NCBI RefSeq assembly: GCF_902713615.1
Contig: NC_052147.1
Location: 166,822,410-166,886,409 of the forward strand
From: Scyliorhinus canicula
Taxonomy: Eukaryota
DNA length: 64,000 nt
Direction: 5' to 3'
Of this stretch, positions 12,401-25,262 are shown one piece after another. A program made the translations under genes and the position numbers. How positions within the stretch are numbered: the first letter of the stretch is position 1; each line of letters starts with the position of its first letter. A model generated the notes under the pieces. It ran no database searches, was not told the origin of the DNA, and saw only the letters and a list, made by a program, of their open reading frames with translations.

Positions 12401-13260
12401 CTATAAAACTATGAATACACTAATAAAATGTTTTCAAAAAAATAAAAGATCAACTCAAACCGGGTTCCCGTCTCATCATGGATGTAGTGACGAGTAACCA
12501 GAGGTAGAGAGAGATAGTTCAGAGTGCAGGTGTTGTGAATCATTGTTAATATATATTTAATCTTGTTTATTTAATCTCCACTTTTGTTTTTGAAGAGAGA
12601 ACAAACTCACAGTATATTTGTTAACGTTGATCAATAAATAATTTGCTTTAACTGGAAGAGTTCGAGTGTTAATGAACATCGATAACAGGATCATCTTGGT
12701 AAGAAGCAAATAAATAACATATATTAACACAAGATAATATAACACTTTCCAAGTCACCAGTATCATTGCTTTGATTCTAGTTTTGTATGCAATTTCTTTA
12801 TTTTAATATTGTTACTTATCTCTTTATTTATCACTGGATTTCTTTTATTGACCTTTGGATGAAAAGGGAAAAGTTGGAATTTCTGGTAAAATGTGGAGGA
12901 TTGTGCCTAATTGGATAACTCATTCAAAGAACACAGCAGCTGGAGTGGGATGAACCATGATCTCCATTTTGTGATTCAATAACTCTCAGTCACATTGCTG
13001 TTTCTGAGCTTGAGGATGTCATCTCTGGGAACGTAATTTGCTATTATGTCAAAATTATGTTCTGTTTCAGTCACGCAGAGCCTCTTTCCTCCTTCACTGA
13101 TTATTGTTTGGTGAAGAATTCAGCTCCCCGCTTCCCACTTTAGAACAAACATTCTAAAAATGAATTTGCTCACACTAACATCTGACGTTCTATTGTTCTG
13201 TTTATTGTTCTAATGTGGCTTCAGGTAAACTGAATTTGTTAAAATATTGCAACATAATAT

Positions 13261-14550
13261 CATGCACCAATATATTCATAAACAGCTTCTTCCCTGCTGT
13301 TACCAGATTCCTGAATGGCTCACTTATGGATTGAGTTGATCTTTTGAAATATCTTCGCTACAGTCATAGCACTATACTCCATATGCACAAATGAAGTTGG
13401 TTGTGGTTGTCGGAGGCCAATAATCTCAGCTCCAGGACATCGGTGCAGTAGTTCCTCAGGGTAGTGTCCTAGCCTCAACCATCTTCAACTGATTCATCAA
13501 TGACCTCCTTTCTATCATAAGGTCAAAGTGGGGATGGTTGCGGATGACTGCCCAATGTTGAGCACCATTAGTGACCATCCAGATAATGAAGCAGTTCATG
13601 TGCAAATGAAGAAAGACTTGGACAATGTACAGGCTTGGGCGGACAAGTGCAATTTACATTCATGCCTCACAGGTGGCAGGCAATGACAATATCCTACAAA
13701 TGAGGTTCTAACCACTGCCCCTTGAAATTCAATGGCATTACCATCGCTGCATCCCCCACATCCTGGGGGTTACCATTGATCAGAACTGAACTGGACTGGC
13801 AGATGAAAGGCTAGGAATCCTAAGCTGAGTAACTTTCCTCCTGAGCCCCCAAAGCCTGTCCACCATTTGCAAGTCACAAGTCAGGAGTGGAATGGAATAC
13901 TCTCCACTTGCCTGGATGAGTACAACTCCAACAACACTCAAAAGCTTGACACCATCCAGGACAAAGCAGCCCCATTGATTGCTCCTCCTTCCACTAACAT
14001 TCAAAACATTCATGGATGAACAATGGCAGCCATGTGTACAATCTACTAGATGCACTGGAGCAATTCACCAACGTTCCTTGGACAGTGCCTTACAAACCCA
14101 TGACCACTAACATCTACAAGGACAAGAGCAGCAGATACCTGTGAACCCCACCATCTGAAGGTTGCCCTCCAAGTAACACATCACCCTGACTTGGAAATAT
14201 ATCATCGTTTCTTCACTGTCGCTAGTGCAAAAAACTTGTAACTCCCTCCAGAACAGAACAGTGGTGTACTTACACCTCAATGACAGCAGCGGTTCAAGAA
14301 GGCAACTCACCACCACCTTTAGAAGCACAACTAGGGATGGGCAATAAATGCTGACCTAACCAGCGACTCCCACATCACATAAATGAATTTAAAAATGCAA
14401 GACCCGATGTCTATGTTTATGTATTTACATCATGCATTTATCATATGTTCTATGTTTTCATGTATGGAGCGATGTGCCTGGACTGTACTTAGAACAATAC
14501 TTTCACTGCACTTCGGTACCGTGGCTCCAAGTCAATTTCTAAATCAAATC
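13261..14550 (+). mobile_element. Old Rex1/Babar-like LINE 3' relic, split by a CR1-supergroup LINE fragment (~13390-14395)
   Basis: NSFFPAV.R.LN-like end at 13280-13316. The inner fragment encodes degenerate VPQGSVL..TIF..FINDL and ends AATAAATGCTG..CCCACATC..AATGAAT. Part of the duplicated crystallin cassette. Confidence 0.6.
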
Positions 14551-14929
14551 GACATACAATTACGTGCACTGCTAAAAGTTCGATAGCCTTTGGAGTACAA
14601 TCTGGAAGCAAAATACACAGGTAATTATGCATCAGCCATTGTGTAGAGTGCTGTAAATAAAGCACATTATTCTGAAAATGTACAGACTGCATCTTAACCG
14701 GTTTTGCAGTCAGTTTCAGCACTTACGCTGAACTATTGGAAACATACCTGTTGAATGTGTAATGCCAATTCTTCAGGAATGTCAGTGAAAGTGCTGTACA
14801 GTATCGGAAACACAATGGATTCCAATGCATTGTTGCCATCTTTATACAACAATTAAAATGAGACGGAAGCAAAACACATTCAGTGATACACAGGTGCGTT
14901 AAAATGGTTCTCTTTAGTGAATGTGACAT

Positions 14930-15023
14930 GTGTTTTGCTGTTTTCTGCTGAGTTCAAACTATTGCAATCATTAAAATAACAAAAGTGCAGTCCAGGGAGG
15001 CAATTCTGTCCAACATATAAATA
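14930..15023 (+). promoter_or_regulatory. Gamma-crystallin proximal promoter, copy 1: TATA box and candidate Maf half-site/Sox-like sites
   Basis: TATAAATA at 15016-15023, 66 bp before the ATG. T-rich-flanked TGCTGAG at 14946-14952 and AACAAAAG nearby. Conserved in all three copies; factor assignment is inference. Confidence 0.65.
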
Positions 15024-15081
15024 CCAAACTGTGTGAAGTGGTGAAACATAGTCAGTTACTCAGGTAAACTCTGAGCTCAAA

Positions 15082-16587
15082 ATGGGGAAGGCAAGGATCA
15101 ATCAGAGTTTATATATTGAATTGGAATTCTTTATAGCCTAATTTGACAAGTTATTAATTTACAAACCTGTGACTTTTTCAACAGATTATCTTTTACGAGG
15201 ACAGGAACTTCCAGGGTCGGCACTATGAGTACAGCAGTGACTGTGCTGACCTGTCCCCTTACTTCAGCCGCTGTAACTCCGTCCGTGTTGAGAGTGACTG
15301 GTGGGTGATGTATGAGAAACCCAATTACATGGGATACCAGTATGTTCTGAGCAGGGGAGAATATCCTGACTACCAGCGCTGGATGGGATTCAATGACAAC
15401 ATCAGATCATGTCGCTCCTACCCACATGTAAGTTGATTTATATTTTATATCCATACTGAGCCATAGAAAATGATCAGTGTGCTGAACATTTGACTTTATG
15501 CACATCAGCTCTGAAGAGCCATCAGCTGTTTTGGCAGGACTGATTTTAACTGTGGCCACTGGTGGTTAACAGGTAGTGAATTGTCTCCCTGTCAAACATC
15601 CAGCCTGATTTACCAATCCACTGGCATGTCTTTCGGTCACTGCCTTAAGTTAATTTTGTAATTTTTCAGACACTGTTAAGGTTTGCGAGATGGACCTTAA
15701 TGTATTGGTTGTGCAAGCTGGGGTTACGTCTGGGTGTCATGTCGACACTCTATTGCAAAATCTGGTGTAATTAGATACATTTATTGTCGATTAATCAAAT
15801 ATTTAGAACTGAAATCCACATTGATGTTGCTGAAAGTAATTAAATCATCTACAGGTAGACTGAGACATGATTGGCAACAATGTGGTGACAGACATATGCC
15901 TACTCACTATCTTATTGTAAATGTTTAATACTTTCTAGGAAAGAGAAAGCTGTTCCCACACAGAGAAACAGAGAAACAAGCTGATCTCAATAGGAAACAG
16001 AAATATATACAGCTTATTACTGATATTGATAAACCTCTGTCTGTGTGCACCAACTAATATCAGCCCTGTGCACTCTTACTCACACATCGCTGATTAACTG
16101 TTTAAAAGTAGATAGGAGCTGCTTGTTGGTAACAAGTCTAAAAGATAACCTATTGAATCGATGTTCATAAATTATCTCAGCTTTGTTCTCATTGTTGATC
16201 TCATCATCTGGGCTCCATTATATTCCTTCCTTCACAATGTTTCTCTTTTACTGCATATAACAAATGTATATTAATTATTTAATCATTAATATAATCTGTT
16301 TCCTATTACAGTACCGAGGTGGAAACTACAAAATGAGGATTTATGAAAGGCCTGACTTTGGAGGACAGATGATGGAATTCATGGATGACTGTCCATCTGT
16401 CTACGATCGTTTCCGTTACCGTGACATCCACTCCTGCCATGTGATGGACGGTTACTGGAACTTCTATGAACATCCCAACTACAGAGGTCGACAGTACTTC
16501 ATGAGACCCGGTGAATACAAGAGATACAGTGACTGGGGCGGCTACAACTCAACTATCGGATCTTTCAGACGCATGAGGGATTTCTAG
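15082..16587 (+). CDS. cryg: Gamma-crystallin (gammaM/gammaA-F-type architecture), copy 1, 175 aa; exons 15082-15090, 15185-15427, 16312-16587
   Basis: MGK|[53 protein letters not shown]...RSYPH|[18 protein letters not shown]...GSFRRMRDF*. Four Greek-key motifs, phase-0 introns (GC-AG, GT-AG), TATA and AATAAA. Confidence 0.96.
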
Positions 16588-16636
16588 TTTTTCATTGTAA
16601 AATATGATCTTAATTTATTGAATCAGTTGTCAACAT

Positions 16637-16642
16637 AATAAA
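16637..16642 (+). terminator. Polyadenylation signal, crystallin copy 1
   Basis: AATAAA 50 bp after the stop, at the equivalent position in all three copies. Confidence 0.8.
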
Positions 16643-17034
16643 TACTCTCTATTACACTGTCATCTTGTTTAAAACACATATTTTGAATTCTTGACAGAAA
16701 CCGCTCAAAGCAGCGTGACGTATCCGGTGGGCACCTGCACAATATCTCACCACAGTGATCTCAGATTTGTGATTTTCAGTAAAATGAAAAAATAGAGAAG
16801 CAGCAAATGTGTGGACTGATCCTCCAGAAAAACTGGGTCGGTGCCAATCCTCTGTTGATCTTACTAAAGCTTGTGCAGTCAACAGGAGATTATCTAATTT
16901 CTCTGGGTACTTCAGGCATTTTCTTTCTAGACATAGTGATCTGTTGGTGGTGGGGAGTGGTTTGGGAATTTGATGGGTGGCAGGTGGACCTGATACCAGG
17001 AGTGAGGTGGGAACGGATCTTTGCAGCTCGTTGG

Positions 17035-17252
17035 GGGTCGTTGGTCTTCTTCTGACATTGGAAGGAGCGCCTCCTTGTCCTGCTGCCTGAACTAATAGCA
17101 GCTGCCACTGCCTGCCAGGCAGAATTGGTGACCCTGCCGCTCGTCCTCCAACCTCCTCAGAAGAACAGGATGTCAAGCCTCTCATTCACAGCGTTGGGAA
17201 GCTTGGCCTGGTCGACATCGCCAAAGCCAGGAGCAGGTCTGCACGCTGCCAT
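17035..17252 (-). pseudogene. Relic of a Harbinger Myb/SANT-like DNA-binding gene (exon 1)
   Basis: Translates MAACRPAPGFGDVDQAKLPNAVNERLDILFF*GGWRTSGRVTNSAWQAVAAAISSGSRTRRRSFQCQKKTND, which aligns to the Myb exon at 26301-26535. Confidence 0.7.
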
Positions 17253-18889
17253 GCTTGTATGTTGACTGGAGTTGAGGGAGCACTTAAAAACAGCTCTCCC
17301 GTGTTAGCGACAAGGAGCTGAGGCAGAAAATACAATTGGTTAACTGTTAGCTAGTCCATGAATTCCCACTTTAACTTGCCTCTGTAGTTTTAGCAATACA
17401 TCCTCCCAACCCCCATCCCCCTGCACCCACCCCACCTACCCACTCAAACACGCACACAGTGCCAATAGCAGCATTTTGAAGTTAGCTAGCTGGATCTTTT
17501 CTCTGTGCTGACAAAATCAAAACTGAAAATTTGGGACTGGGACTCTGAAATGCATACCAGTGGGATAATATCCAATCACCACCTGTTACCATGCAGAGCA
17601 CAGCCCTTTGGGTCAATTCAGCAAAGCAATCAAACCGAATCCTCACCCAGATCTCTCACTGGTGCCCAAATGTCTGCAGTTCCAGTTTAAACCAGCAAAT
17701 GATCTCACCTTAAAGTTCTGGATTCTTCTACTGAGCCAAAGACACAGACGGCTTGCCTTAAAGATACATGTCCAATAATCATCTGTGGATCAAAATATGA
17801 ACAGCAACGTAAAAGAAAGGGGGAATAAAGGGAATAAGCATGAAGGTTCCTTACAATTTCAATTGGAACCCAAAAAGTGAAAGTGAAGTGACTAGGATGT
17901 TAATGATTTGAAACGTGCACTCCAGGTGATGGGCTGTCAATGTCTTTAAAAAATGGCATTCATGTGATTACTTCCACTCCTTGACACTTCTGTCATTAAC
18001 CATCCTCATTACATCAAAATATTTATTTTCTTGGCTTCTTAAACATAAAAAAACCATTGCCCGAATACTTGCTGAGACTTTCATCACATATGTCTGTGAG
18101 ATGGGTTGAACAGTGACCATTTCACTGGTACATACAAACATTGCCGAGACAGCCACTTAAATATCCAATTCTGTCTTCAACCCAGTATTCTGACTTCAAC
18201 ATGCAGTATATGTATTTTCCGAGCTCATTCAGGTGAGAAGTGACTGGACAATCTTCTTACTTAACTACATTATCTGAGCGTTTATAGATTGACTATAGCA
18301 CTGGTTATATAGAGAATGAAGCTCCTTCCTCTGATACACTTGTCGCATTTTCAACCAGCTTTTCTTTGGCCTCTTAATTTGTGCCAAATTTTGGGCCCTC
18401 TGAGTGCAGGTGGAGGTACTAAACAAGAATCAAAAAAGTGTTAGGAACTATTTTCTGAGATTGGTATTTGCTGTTTGCATCTGTTTCTAATTCACCTTAA
18501 AATTCACTCACTTAAAAACTATTTCCCTGTTCTCACAGATAATAGTGCATAGAGAATGGCTTAACTGCATTTGACGTTAACACTTCAGGTGTGTCTGTAA
18601 AAAAGCTGAGTCGGTGAACACTGTCCAGCACAGTGAAGCATTGTATCACTTTTATACATATTATTGCTTTTGGAGGCATGAGATTATTGAATAGTGGCAC
18701 AGGCTGGGTGGGCCAAATAGATTAATCCTGCGCCTTATAACGTGGCTGGCACTGCGAACATTGGTAGAATTAATGACATTGGGATTATTGCCAGGATATT
18801 GAGCATTAACCTGCATGGTTCATTCCCTATGGTCAAATACTAACTGCCTATGAGTGGGTGGAAGCGTTTTGGTTCTTGTAGGGTAAGTC

Positions 18890-19092
18890 CCAGATGACCA
18901 TAGGCCCCTTTCCCCTTTGAGGGGGAGAGCAGACTAGTGGTGATTTAACCCGAGAATCACCACACCTCAGGCAAGGGGCAAGGCTGAGAAGGCGGGGCTT
19001 CATGGATAACCTCAGCCGGGAATTGAACCCGTGCTGTTGGCCTCACTCTGCATCACAAACCTGCCGTCCAGCCAACTGATCTACACCGACTC
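18890..19092 (-). mobile_element. tRNA-derived SINE of a second family (not HE1)
   Basis: Reverse strand has A-box-like TAGATCAGTTGG and B box GGTTCAATTCC. Paralogs at 32122-32330 and 49459-49661. Confidence 0.7.
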
Positions 19093-19329
19093 CAGTACAT
19101 AAGAGAGTTGAGGTCAGATGCACACAAAGATATGTGCTGACACTCAATGGTACCCTGCATCATGGAATAATCCCAAATCCTTAAAAATCCTTGTTCTCAC
19201 TCAACCTGCTTATCTCTGGTTTGCATATCCAGGAACTCCATTAAAGGAACCTGATGCATAAAAGTTCATAATTCCCGTCATTTTGACAACCACAGACAAT
19301 GTGATCCTTGACCTGCCTTGAGGTTACAA

Positions 19330-19800
19330 AGGAAATAGAGGCAAAAGTTGGTCATTCAAACTCTCAACCCTGCTCCGCCATTCATCTAGTCGATGGCTGA
19401 TCTTCTATCTCAACGTTAATTTCCCGCACTTTCCCCATATCTCTGATATCTTTAATATCTAGAAATGATCAATCACAGTCTTGAACATATTCAATGGCTG
19501 AGACTTCACAGCCCTCAGAGGGTAGTGAATTCCAGAGGATCATCACCCTCTGAGTGAAGGAAATCATCTTAATCTCAATTCTAAATTGCCTATGCCTTAT
19601 TCTGGAATTATCTCCGCTGGTTATAGACACCCCACCTTCCCACCCCAGCAAGGGAAAACGTCCATCCTCCATCTACCCTGGCGATCCCACAAAGTATTTT
19701 GGAAGTTTCAATGAAATTGCCTCTCATTCTTCTGAGCCTTGGAGAATACAGACCCATTCTCCTCAATCTCTCCTCATAGGACAATCCCACCAACCCAGGA
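19330..19800 (-). mobile_element. Old CR1 3' fragment
   Basis: LSYEERLRRMGLYS..RRMRG and FTQRV...WNSLP on the minus strand. Paralogs at ~32610-32845 and ~49960-50510. Confidence 0.75.
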
Positions 19801-20064
19801 ATCAGCATGGCGAAGGACACCAAAGTTCTTCCTGACTTGCTCCTGGTGGGAGCACAATTCAGTTTCAATTCACCTCTCGCGAGAGAAGATGGTGCTGCAT
19901 TCTCCGTGCTGCTGCACAGATTTTCTGGTCAATGAGATTTCCCATTGTGGGCAGCCCCACACCGTCGCAAAATCCTTGGGCGTGGGTGCACTGCCCATGC
20001 AATGGAGAATCCCGACTGTGGAGAATCCAGCCCTAGGCTCCCAAATGGAGAATCCTGGCCACTG

Positions 20065-20600
20065 TAAAGGACTTTGAGGGAAGTAATGGTGAAATTGCAA
20101 TGGTACTGGTCATATTCTTCCAATCTTCCTGAGATATGGGAATGGTGTCAGAAGTCTGGAGAATTCCAAACATTACATCATTATCAAATAAAGGATGAAA
20201 ACTTAACAACTACAAGCTAGTCAGTTTACTCTCAATAGTGCGCCATCTTTTTGAAACATTAATCTGGGACAAACTTTACGTGACTGGGAGAAATATGGAT
20301 TACTTCAGGAAAGACATCCAAAATTTGTTAAATGAAATTGTGTTTATCGATCTTGATGAAACATTTTGTTTTCTGAAATAACAGAGACGATTGATGAGAG
20401 TAATATGATTGATGTTGTCCAGAAGGATTTCTAAATGCCGATTGATAAACTGACGCATGTTAAGCTGCGAGTAAGATTGAAGCTCATAGAATTATTGGGA
20501 AAGTGGCCACATTGATGTGAAGTGGTCTGAGTGACAGGAAACAGAGTAATTGTGAATGTTTATTATTCCTCCCAGCTGAAGGTATTCCCGAAAATTATAG
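20065..20600 (+). mobile_element. Highly degenerate CR1 RT fragment
   Basis: Remnants of ..W...NI..., NY.LVSL.S and DF..A.DK motifs. Confidence 0.5.
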
Positions 20601-21274
20601 TGAGGACCAATTGTGATGTTGAAAGTTTTGATCGGGCCACATGTGAACGGGGAGGGGGGTCAGAGTTGTGAGAAGGGGTGAGAGGGGAACGATGGTTTTC
20701 CCCACAATTATATTGCAAACCCTGACGGGCTGTTCTCACCAGTGGAATCTTCTGGTCCTGTCGGGTGCCACCAGCAAGGTCAGCATTTGTTGCCCATCCC
20801 TAATTGCAATGGCCGTGCCTACTTCTTTTAAATCCTAGCCCTGAGGATTTGTCAGGCTTTAGTATCATAATTTTCTTCATTCCTATTATTTTGCTTCAGT
20901 TAATTTGAGTGACTCCTTGTCAATGGTTCAATATTATTTCCTTCTGATATCTGGCATGTTGAACTTTTCCTTTTCTGTAAAAGCATCAATATTTAGCTGC
21001 CACCTCTTCCTTATTATCTTTGACAACATCACCAATCAGTTTGCAAGGGGTTCACAATGCTCTTGAACAATGGGCTAGATTCTCCCTTTGCCGACGCCAA
21101 AATCGTGAAAGGCGATTGGGCGGAGAGTAGCTTTCGACGCTGAATTTGCGGTAGACGCTGGTTTGACGTCAAATCAGGATGCTCCGGCACCCCGAGAATG
21201 GCATAAATGTGACATATTATTAGCGGGCCTGACACCCGATGCTCCGGGGCCTCAGTGATTCACCCCCTCCGATG

Positions 21275-23680
21275 AGTAGGGTTGAGGACTCCCAAAAGTA
21301 AAAAGACCATGATGGGAGTTATGTACAGGCCCATTAGCAGAAGACAGGTTGTGGGGCAAAAAATGAATCAGGAGACAGAGAAAGCTGTAAAAATGCAACA
21401 TCACAATTATCATGGGGGACTTCAATATGCAGGTGGGCTGGGAAAATTAAGTTGGTAGTGGACCCCAAGAAAATTAATTTGTGGAATGTTCAAGAGAGTT
21501 TTTTGGGAGCATCTTGTGGTAGAGCCCACAGGGGAACAGGCGATTCTGGATTTGGTGATGTCTAATGAGGCAGCTTGATTAGGGATCTTAAGGTGAAGGA
21601 ACTCTTAGGGAACAGTGACCACAATATGATAAAATTTATCCTGCAGTTTGAGAAGGAGAAGCTGGAATTATATGTAACGGTATTACAATTAAATAAGGGT
21701 AACTACAAAGACATGAGGGAGAAGCTCGCCAGAGTTGATGGGAAAAATGAGCCTAGCAGGGAAGACAGTGGAACAGCAATGGCTGGAGTCTTTCGGGTTA
21801 TTTGGGGAGGCACAACAGAAATTCATTCTAAGGAGGATGAAACATGCTAAACATGGGACAAGGCACCCATTGCTGATGAGGGACGTCAAGGACAGCGTAA
21901 AAGCAAAAGAAAAAGCATACAAAGTGGCGAGTATTAGTGAGAAGATTGGGAAGCCTTTAAAAGTGAGCAGAGGATAAGTAGAACAGCAATAAGGGGAGAG
22001 AAGATGAAATATGAGTCCACACTAGCTAGTAATATAAAAGATGACAGGAAGAGTTTTATCAATGTATAAAAGGTAAGAGAGAGGCAAAAATAGGCATTGG
22101 ACAACTGGAAAATGAGGCTGGAGAAGTAATAATAGGAAACAAAGAAATGGCAGAGGAACTGTGTAGTGAATTTGCATCAGTCTTCATGGTGGAAGACACC
22201 AGTGGGATGCCAGAGCGCCAGATGAATCAGGGAGCAGAGGTGAGTGCAGTGGCCAGCACTAAGGAGAAGGTTCGGGGGAAACTGAAAGGTCTGAAGGTCG
22301 ATAAGTCACCTGGATCCAATGGACTACACCCCAGGGCCCTAAAAGTGATAGCTGAGGAGATTGTAGAGGGATTCGTAGTGATATTTCATGAATCACTGAA
22401 GGGAGGAAGGGTCCCAGAGGACTGGAAAGTGGCTAATGTAACACCACTGCTTAAGAAAGGAGGGAGGTAGAAGACGGGAAATTATAGGCCGGTTAGCCTG
22501 ACTTTGGTCATTGGTAAGATTTTAGAGTCCATTATTAAAGATGAGATTGCGGAGTACTGTGCATGTTAAAATAGGATTGAGTCAGCACGGCTTTGTCAAA
22601 GGGACGTCCTGTGTGACAAATTTGTTGAAGTTAGACAAAGGAGAACCCGCGAACGTGATTTATTTAGATTTCCAAAAGGCCTTTGACAAGGTTCCACATA
22701 GGAGGTTGTTAAATAAGTGAAGAGACCATTGTGTTAAGAGTAAGATCCTGGCACGGATAGAGGACTGGCTGACTGGCAGAAGGCAGAGAGTGGGGATAAA
22801 GGGGTCTTTTTCAGGATGACAACTGGTGACTAGTGGTGTGCCTCAGAGCTCTGTGCTGGGACCACAACTTTTCACAACATACAATAATGATCTGGAAGAT
22901 GGAACTGAAGGTACTGTTGCTAAGTTTGCAGATGATATCAAGATCTGCAGAGGGACAGGTAGTATTGAGGAAGCAAGGGAGCTGCAGAAGGATTTGGACA
23001 GGCTAGGAGAGTGGACAATGAAGTGGCAGATGAAATACAATGTGGAAATGTGTAAGTTACACACTTTGGAAGGAGGAATTTAGGCAAAGACAATTTTCCA
23101 AATGGGGAAATGCTAAGGGAATCAGAAGCACTTCGGAGTCCTTGTTTATGATTCTCCTGAGGTTAACGTGCAGATTCAATTGGCAGTTAGGAAGGCAAAT
23201 GCAATGTTCGTATTCATGTCAAGAGGGCTAGAATACAAGACCAGGGCTGTACTTCTGAGCCTGTATAAGGCTGTGGTCAGACCCCATTTGGAGGAATGTG
23301 AGCAGTTTTGGTCCCCGTATTTCAGGAAAGATGTGCTGGCCTTGAAAAGGGTCCAGAGGAGGTTCACAAGAATGATCCCTGTAATGAAGTGCTTGCCGTA
23401 TGAGGAACGGTTGAGGACTCTGGGTCTGCACTCGTTGGAGTTTAGAAGGATGATGGGGGATCTTATTGAAACTTACAGGATACTGCGAGGCCTGGATAGC
23501 GTGGACATGGAGAGGACGTTTCCACTTGTAGGAAAGGACGATCCTTTAAAACTGAGACAACGAGGAATTTCTCCAGTCAGAGGGTGGTGAATCTGTGAAC
23601 TCTTTGCCAGAGTAGGCTGTGGAGGACAAATCACTGAGTATCTTTAAGACAGAGATAGATAGGTTCTTGTTTAATAGGGG
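21275..23680 (+). mobile_element. Degenerate CR1 LINE (EN end, RT) nested in the Harbinger element
   Basis: GDFN, LGNSDHN, KSPGS.GLHPR, GVPQSSVLGP, FADD and RPHLE..QFWSPY motifs; 3' tail missing. Confidence 0.85.
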
Positions 23681-23687
23681 GCACATC

Positions 23688-24723
23688 ATGAGGCCCCACG
23701 TGTACAGCAACCGCATGACGTTTGAGGACCTTCCGGACCGGATATGCAGATGAAAACTGCGGATGAGCAGAGGGATAGTGCGACAGATATGCCAGATGAT
23801 GGTACACCTGGCACCGCAGGGGTATGGGGGAGGAGACCTGATCCCAGTGGCCGTCAAGGTGACGGTCGTGCTGAACGTCAGTGCTACGGGGTCGTTCTCG
23901 TCGCAGAGTGGGGACCTGTCTGGGATTTCGCAGATATTGGTGCACAGGTGCATCCACGCCATCATGGAGACGCTATCTGCCAAGGCGGACCAGTACATCC
24001 AGTACGATGTGGACCACGTCCACCAGGATGCCAGGGCAGTGGGGTTCACTGCCGTCGCCAGGATGCCCTGGGTCGAGGGGATGGTCGACGGGATGTAGGT
24101 CGCCCTACGGCCACCTGCGGATAACAGGACACTATATACAAACAGGAAGGGCTACCACTCCATGAACATACAGCTGGTGTGCGACCAACAGACACGCATC
24201 ATGCACATCTGCACCCCATACCCGGGCAGCATGCACGACTCCTTCATACTGGCACACTAGGTGATCCCCGACATGTTCGCAGGGCACCCCCCCGGATGCA
24301 GGGCTGGCTGCTGGGCAACAGGGGTCACCCATTGCGGTCTCGGCTGATGACGTCTATCCGGAGGCGATTGACCGACGTGGAGACCCGCTACAACGACGCC
24401 CATTCAGCAACCGGGGTGTGGTCAAGCGGTGCTTCGGAGTCCTGAAGATGCGCTTCAGGTGCGTAGACAGCTCTGGAGGGCCCCTCCAGTACGTGTCTAG
24501 GAGGATCGCCTGGATCATGGTGGCGTGCTGCATCCTCCATAATATAGCCCAGCAGAGGGGGCGATGTGCTGAAGGAGGATGAGGAGGAAGGGCAGGCCTC
24601 GTCCGAAGAGGAAGATGTGGAGAGGGGAACAATGAGCGGGACATGGGGCCCGGGCAGGCACGGAAGGCTGCACAACGCCATTGCCAGGGCCAGAGCGCAC
24701 GGTACTCCCTTGTCGCCTCATAA
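23688..24723 (+). pseudogene. Harbinger (HARBI1-like) DDE transposase pseudogene, N-terminus lost
   Basis: ATGSF..SGDLSGISQ..VHRCI, GMVDG, NRKGYHSMNIQLVCD, YPGSMHDSFIL, GWLLGN.G.PL, YNDAH and CFGVLKMRFRC motifs, with internal stops and frameshifts. Confidence 0.88.
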
Positions 24724-25262
24724 TTGACCGACAAGGAGGGGGAGGGGGGTTGCTGGACAGGGACATGGACACCATCATCCCAGATGGTACAGCAGGAGTG
24801 GAGGTAGCCTGCTGTGACTCCTGCCCTGCAACAAGGGTTCCCGCTGGCGCAAATATCCAAGGGAAACCCGGTCTGGATGGGCCTGGCTACTGCTTGGGCA
24901 TAGTGGGTGGCGTGGTGCTGCCCTGTTCTGCCCACTGCTCACCAGATGCACCGGGGACAGGAGGGGGGCAGTCCGAGGTGCTGCGCTGTTCCGGCACCTC
25001 CCCTGCGGGGGTCTTTTCTCCCTCGCGGTGCCTGATGACCCCCGGGCTACTCCATGGGACGGGGCTGCAAGCGGAGCCACCCCCTGAGGCCTACGCCTGC
25101 AGGTGCTGGAAGCCGCCGTCATCCCCTCCTGTTGTCCCTGGGTCTCTGACTGCATCTGCACTGTGGCTGGGACTGGATTTTCCAGGAGCCGGGGACCCGT
25201 CTGGGCGGCAGCTGGTTCCTGGGGCCGGGCTGCCCTCCGACCATCCGGCCTCTCGGCTGCTC

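Larger units (their letters stand above)
5062..12442 (+). mobile_element. L1-clade LINE, copy A (degenerate ORF1 and ORF2 EN/RT), inserted in the Gypsy 3' LTR
   Basis: 5' CTTCCGGTGGCGGCCATG; ORF1 ENRSRR.NLRII.LPEG; EN motifs ITWNVRGLN, LQETH, GGDFN, SDH; RT motifs YRPISLLNVDAK, RGTRQGC; 3' AATAAA plus A-rich tail at ~12422-12442. Confidence 0.88.
1..12744 (+). mobile_element. Ty3/Gypsy LTR retrotransposon, copy A (5' part outside window): degenerate RT end/RNase H/integrase, then a 3' LTR split by nested insertions
   Basis: ORF fragments carry RNase H (GIGAVLLQ..AYASRAMT..YTQVEKECL) and integrase (GHLGIEKC, DYYSNFPEV, SSPHYSQPNG) motifs. A purine tract precedes LTR start TGTAG at ~2207. The LTR ends ...ATAACA at 12744, followed by CTTTC. 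Colinear with 36398-42902 and shares its stop codons. Confidence 0.9.

Noticed and set aside
16264-16311. Hydrophobic signal-peptide-like N-terminus [16 protein letters not shown] (also 29769, 46464)
   Set aside because: This is translation of the AT-rich end of intron 2, upstream of the exon 3 acceptor.
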